In this document: piece after piece, positions 61,595-64,000 of the stretch
Numbering within the stretch: the stretch's first letter is position 1
Layout: each line of letters begins with the position of its first letter
Assembly: GCA_963758295.1 (NCBI GenBank)
Contig: CAVWUU010000001.1
Coordinates: 544,001 to 608,000, forward strand
DNA: 64,000 nt
Direction: 5' to 3'
From: Candidatus Eremiobacteria bacterium
Lineage (GTDB): Bacteria; Vulcanimicrobiota; Vulcanimicrobiia; Vulcanimicrobiales; Vulcanimicrobiaceae
Notes under the pieces: model-generated
What the model was told of the DNA's origin: nothing
The model's input: the letters and a program-made list of their open reading frames with translations, nothing else
Databases searched by the model: none
Translations under genes and position numbers: made by a program

Positions 61595-62271
61595 CACGCG
61601 TTTTCCAATGAAGCCGGCATGACGAAACCGTCTTGCGGCGCAGTCCACGGCATGATTGTAACGATCGGCTTTTCTCGCGTGAAGCGCAGCGCGTTTTCGA
61701 CGTCGTCGAATGCGGCGAGGCGCTCGAGATGTTTGATCGTCGGATATACCAGATGCAATTGGTCGGCGCGGTATAATGCGAGCGCGACTGCCGGCTCGAT
61801 CCAGCGCTCGTCGTGCGTTTCGACTTGATCGGCACTCGCGACATGCACGTCGGCCGCCGGTGCAATGAAGAAATGCGTGTCGTACCGCCGGGGCTCGGTC
61901 GGAGGAGTGATCCAGTGCGAAAAGAGATGCATGCGCGTGGGATCGAGACCGATGCCGGCCTCTTCGGCAAGTTCGCGCACCGCCGCATGCACGAGTGCGC
62001 GTGCATCGCGTTCGCTCACGGGCGCTTCGTTCGCCGGAAGCTCCGCCGGGACGCTCGCACGAAATTCAGCCGCTAACCTAGCCGCACCCCACGCGGGCGG
62101 GCGCTCGTAGTCGATTGGGTCGACGGTGCCCCCGGGAAAAACGACGGCGTCGGGAGCAAAAGCGCTTCGCCCGCTTCGCCGGACCATTAGCACCTCGATG
62201 CCTTTCCCGGCGGCCGCCTGCCGGACCAGCATGACGGTGGACGCTAGGCGCACGGCGGAACCCGTTTCCAT
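61591..62271 (-). CDS. NUDIX hydrolase (NUDT19-like)
   Basis: VFPGG.VD, AAVRELAEEAGI, HWITP..RRYDTHFF; overlaps MBL start. Confidence 0.88.
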   Translation of the reverse strand: METGSAVRLASTVMLVRQAAAGKGIEVLMVRRSGRSAFAPDAVVFPGGTVDPIDYERPPAWGAARLAAEFRASVPAELPANEAPVSERDARALVHAAVRELAEEAGIGLDPTRMHLFSHWITPPTEPRRYDTHFFIAPAADVHVASADQVETHDERWIEPAVALALYRADQLHLVYPTIKHLERLAAFDDVENALRFTREKPIVTIMPWTAPQDGFVMPASLENAW

Positions 62272-62290
62272 GGAGTCTCGTTCATTGAAT

Positions 62291-62716
62291 ATGAAACCGC
62301 GAGTTGTCGCCCTGGCTTTGGCCGTCCTCTTCACCGGTGCCGCACCGGCTCTCGCCCAAGAAACGCCGTCGCCAAGCCCGTCGCCGTCGACCGTGCCTTC
62401 GATGCCGCACGCCCTTCCCACGATTCCGCCCGGGGTGGGCAACGTCGTCGAGGGCATCGTGCAGCGGTTGGCCGGCGATGCCACCGCCGGTCTCGGAGTC
62501 GATCCGAATCACGTCCGCGGAACGGTCACGTTCTTCCGCCGCTTCGATTTGCAGTTGCGCATGCCGCTGAACCGTTACGAAGCCGTGCATCTGCATCAAG
62601 GCACGATCATCAATCCGCGGGGTGCATCGCTCTCCGAAGGACAGACGGTCGACGTGCAAGGCCATGTTAACGGCGACGGGTCCATCAACGCCGACGCGAT
62701 AACTATCGTCCATTAG
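62291..62716 (+). CDS. Secreted protein, paralogous domain to 46..675
   Basis: Signal peptide MKPRVVALALAVLFTGAAPALA-Q, SPSPSP linker, LHQGTIINPRG core. Confidence 0.75.
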   Translation: MKPRVVALALAVLFTGAAPALAQETPSPSPSPSTVPSMPHALPTIPPGVGNVVEGIVQRLAGDATAGLGVDPNHVRGTVTFFRRFDLQLRMPLNRYEAVHLHQGTIINPRGASLSEGQTVDVQGHVNGDGSINADAITIVH

Positions 62717-62744
62717 TGACGATCGAACCGCGGAGGTCCCGCCC

Positions 62745-63200
62745 GTGAGAATTGCGCTCGGAAGCGATATGCGCAGCGAATTGACGACGGAAGTGGAGCG
62801 CTTGCTGCGCGAGCGCGGGCACGATGTCGCCTTGCACGGTGCGCTCGACCCGAATGCCGATGACGCCTGGACCGCCGCGGCGCGTGCGGTCGCCGAGTCC
62901 GTTGCGAGCGGCGAATCGCAGTCTGGGATCGTGTGTTGCTGGACCGGAACGGGCGTCAGTATTGCGGCAAACAAAGTGGCCGGCGTCCGCGCGGCGCTTT
63001 GCGGTGACGCGGCTACGGCTGAGGGCGCGCGGACGTGGAATGACGCCAACGTGCTGTGCCTGAGCATTCGCGCAACGACGCCGGCCGTTGCGGGCGAGAT
63101 TCTGAACGGCTGGTTTCGCGGCACGCGCACGGTCGATGAAAAGTACGCCGCCATGATCGACGACTTGATTCAAAGCGATCGCGCGAAGAACGCAATCTGA
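62745..63200 (+). CDS. RpiB/LacA/LacB family sugar-phosphate isomerase
   Basis: GGAGG RBS; IALGSD, CWTGTGVSIAANKV.GVRAA, NDANVL. Confidence 0.88.
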   Translation: MRIALGSDMRSELTTEVERLLRERGHDVALHGALDPNADDAWTAAARAVAESVASGESQSGIVCCWTGTGVSIAANKVAGVRAALCGDAATAEGARTWNDANVLCLSIRATTPAVAGEILNGWFRGTRTVDEKYAAMIDDLIQSDRAKNAI

Positions 63201-63271
63201 ATTCGGGCCTCCGCCGTTACGTGGGTCGGATAAGCTTCCCGCTCACGTAAATCGAAAGGCTTGAAAGAACG

Positions 63272-63898
63272 ATGATCACCCGTTGGATTTCGGCGATTAC
63301 CTGCGCCGCCACGCTTCTCGGTACCTCACTTCCCGCTTTTGCCGCCGATCAGATGTCCGGACTTAATCCCGACGCGCCGACCCGCTTTTCCGCGCCCGGC
63401 GTCTACACGGGGGCACCGGCATTGCCCGTGACCCTCTCGATGATCGAAGCCGGCGGCGGCCCTTCAAATTTCAGCACGTTGACCCTTGTTCACACGCTGG
63501 CCGGAGACAAGACCTCGGCCGAAGTCGCCTCACTCAAGAAACAGTTCGGCGATGAAAAAGTGGGCAATTTCGTCAAGGTCTTTGATTTCGTCGTCAGCGA
63601 TTCGCTGCGTATTGTGAAAGAGAAGAACGTTGCACTGCCGTCGACGCCCAGTCCGGATCCGAAAGACGGAAAAGCACTCGCCGCGGCACTATGGGGCGCG
63701 GGACAGACGCCCAAAGGGTTCAACGTCGAAGTGATGCTCGATCGCGCCGTCTCGCATCCGATTCACGATCAAGTTATGGACGACATCGACAAGAAGTATG
63801 GCGTTGCCGCGGACGCGGACTACCACGCGGTGCTCGCGCAGGCGATGAAAGACCTAGCGACTGTATACGAACTCAAGCCGTCGCCGATGGGCAAATAA
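63272..63898 (+). CDS. Secreted hypothetical helical protein
   Basis: Signal peptide (..LPAFA-A); 208 aa; followed by a hairpin. Confidence 0.75.
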   Translation: MITRWISAITCAATLLGTSLPAFAADQMSGLNPDAPTRFSAPGVYTGAPALPVTLSMIEAGGGPSNFSTLTLVHTLAGDKTSAEVASLKKQFGDEKVGNFVKVFDFVVSDSLRIVKEKNVALPSTPSPDPKDGKALAAALWGAGQTPKGFNVEVMLDRAVSHPIHDQVMDDIDKKYGVAADADYHAVLAQAMKDLATVYELKPSPMGK

Positions 63899-63920
63899 GG
63901 TCCGTTCCAGAAAAAGCAGA

Positions 63921-63952
63921 AGGGCCGCGCACTCGCGCGGCCCTGGTGTTTG
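63921..63952. terminator. Probable intrinsic terminator hairpin
   Basis: AGGGCCGCGC-ACTC-GCGCGGCCCT (10-bp stem), A-run upstream, weak T-run downstream. Confidence 0.6.
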
Positions 63953-64000
63953 TACTGCCGTCCAATGGTGGAGCAAAACCGAGCTGCTCCAACCGGAGAC

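Noticed and set aside
63966..64000. tRNA/tmRNA 3' end (TGGTGGAG = reverse complement of CTCCACCA)
   Set aside because: No T-arm (TTCGA) at the expected distance; the sequence is a simple TGGAGCA/TGCTCCA hairpin truncated by the window edge.

Overview
GC-rich bacterial chromosomal segment, densely coding, with about 60 genes. Gene content and the many secreted proteins with Pro/Ser 'SPSP' linkers suggest Candidatus Eremiobacterota (Vulcanimicrobiota); this is inference, not a database result. I found no rRNA, tRNA, CRISPR array, IS element or prophage. The sequence has scattered single-base indels, including in conserved genes (prfC, ctaA, ctaB, cobB), and an indel-dense block at about 5.9-11.35 kb. 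These look like long-read consensus errors rather than pseudogenes. Recognisable content: an ECF sigma/anti-sigma/GNAT operon opposite a sirtuin; a degenerate class III cyclase; a coupled operon of GH20 hexosaminidase, an uncharacterised permease apparently fused to a PDZ-containing domain, an M20 dipeptidase, a class A beta-lactamase-like serine hydrolase and an orphan hydantoinase/oxoprolinase A; an FAD oxidoreductase-BadF kinase-nanE operon; an A2-type caa3 oxidase with two small membrane ORFs plus ctaA/ctaB; aidB; GH130; prfC; a BNR/VPS10 protein; an MGDG-synthase-like glycosyltransferase with a fatty-acid hydroxylase; egtD next to an OpuC-like ABC importer; ppk1 next to two secreted ASMase/Ppn1-like phosphoesterases; and bolA-grxD-rhodanese. 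The best novelty candidates are the 5.6-14.4 kb operon (candidate non-canonical muropeptide/amino-sugar salvage system), the permease-PDZ fusion, the ppk1 + Ppn1-like pair, the egtD + betaine-type importer link, and two structured intergenic RNA candidates.
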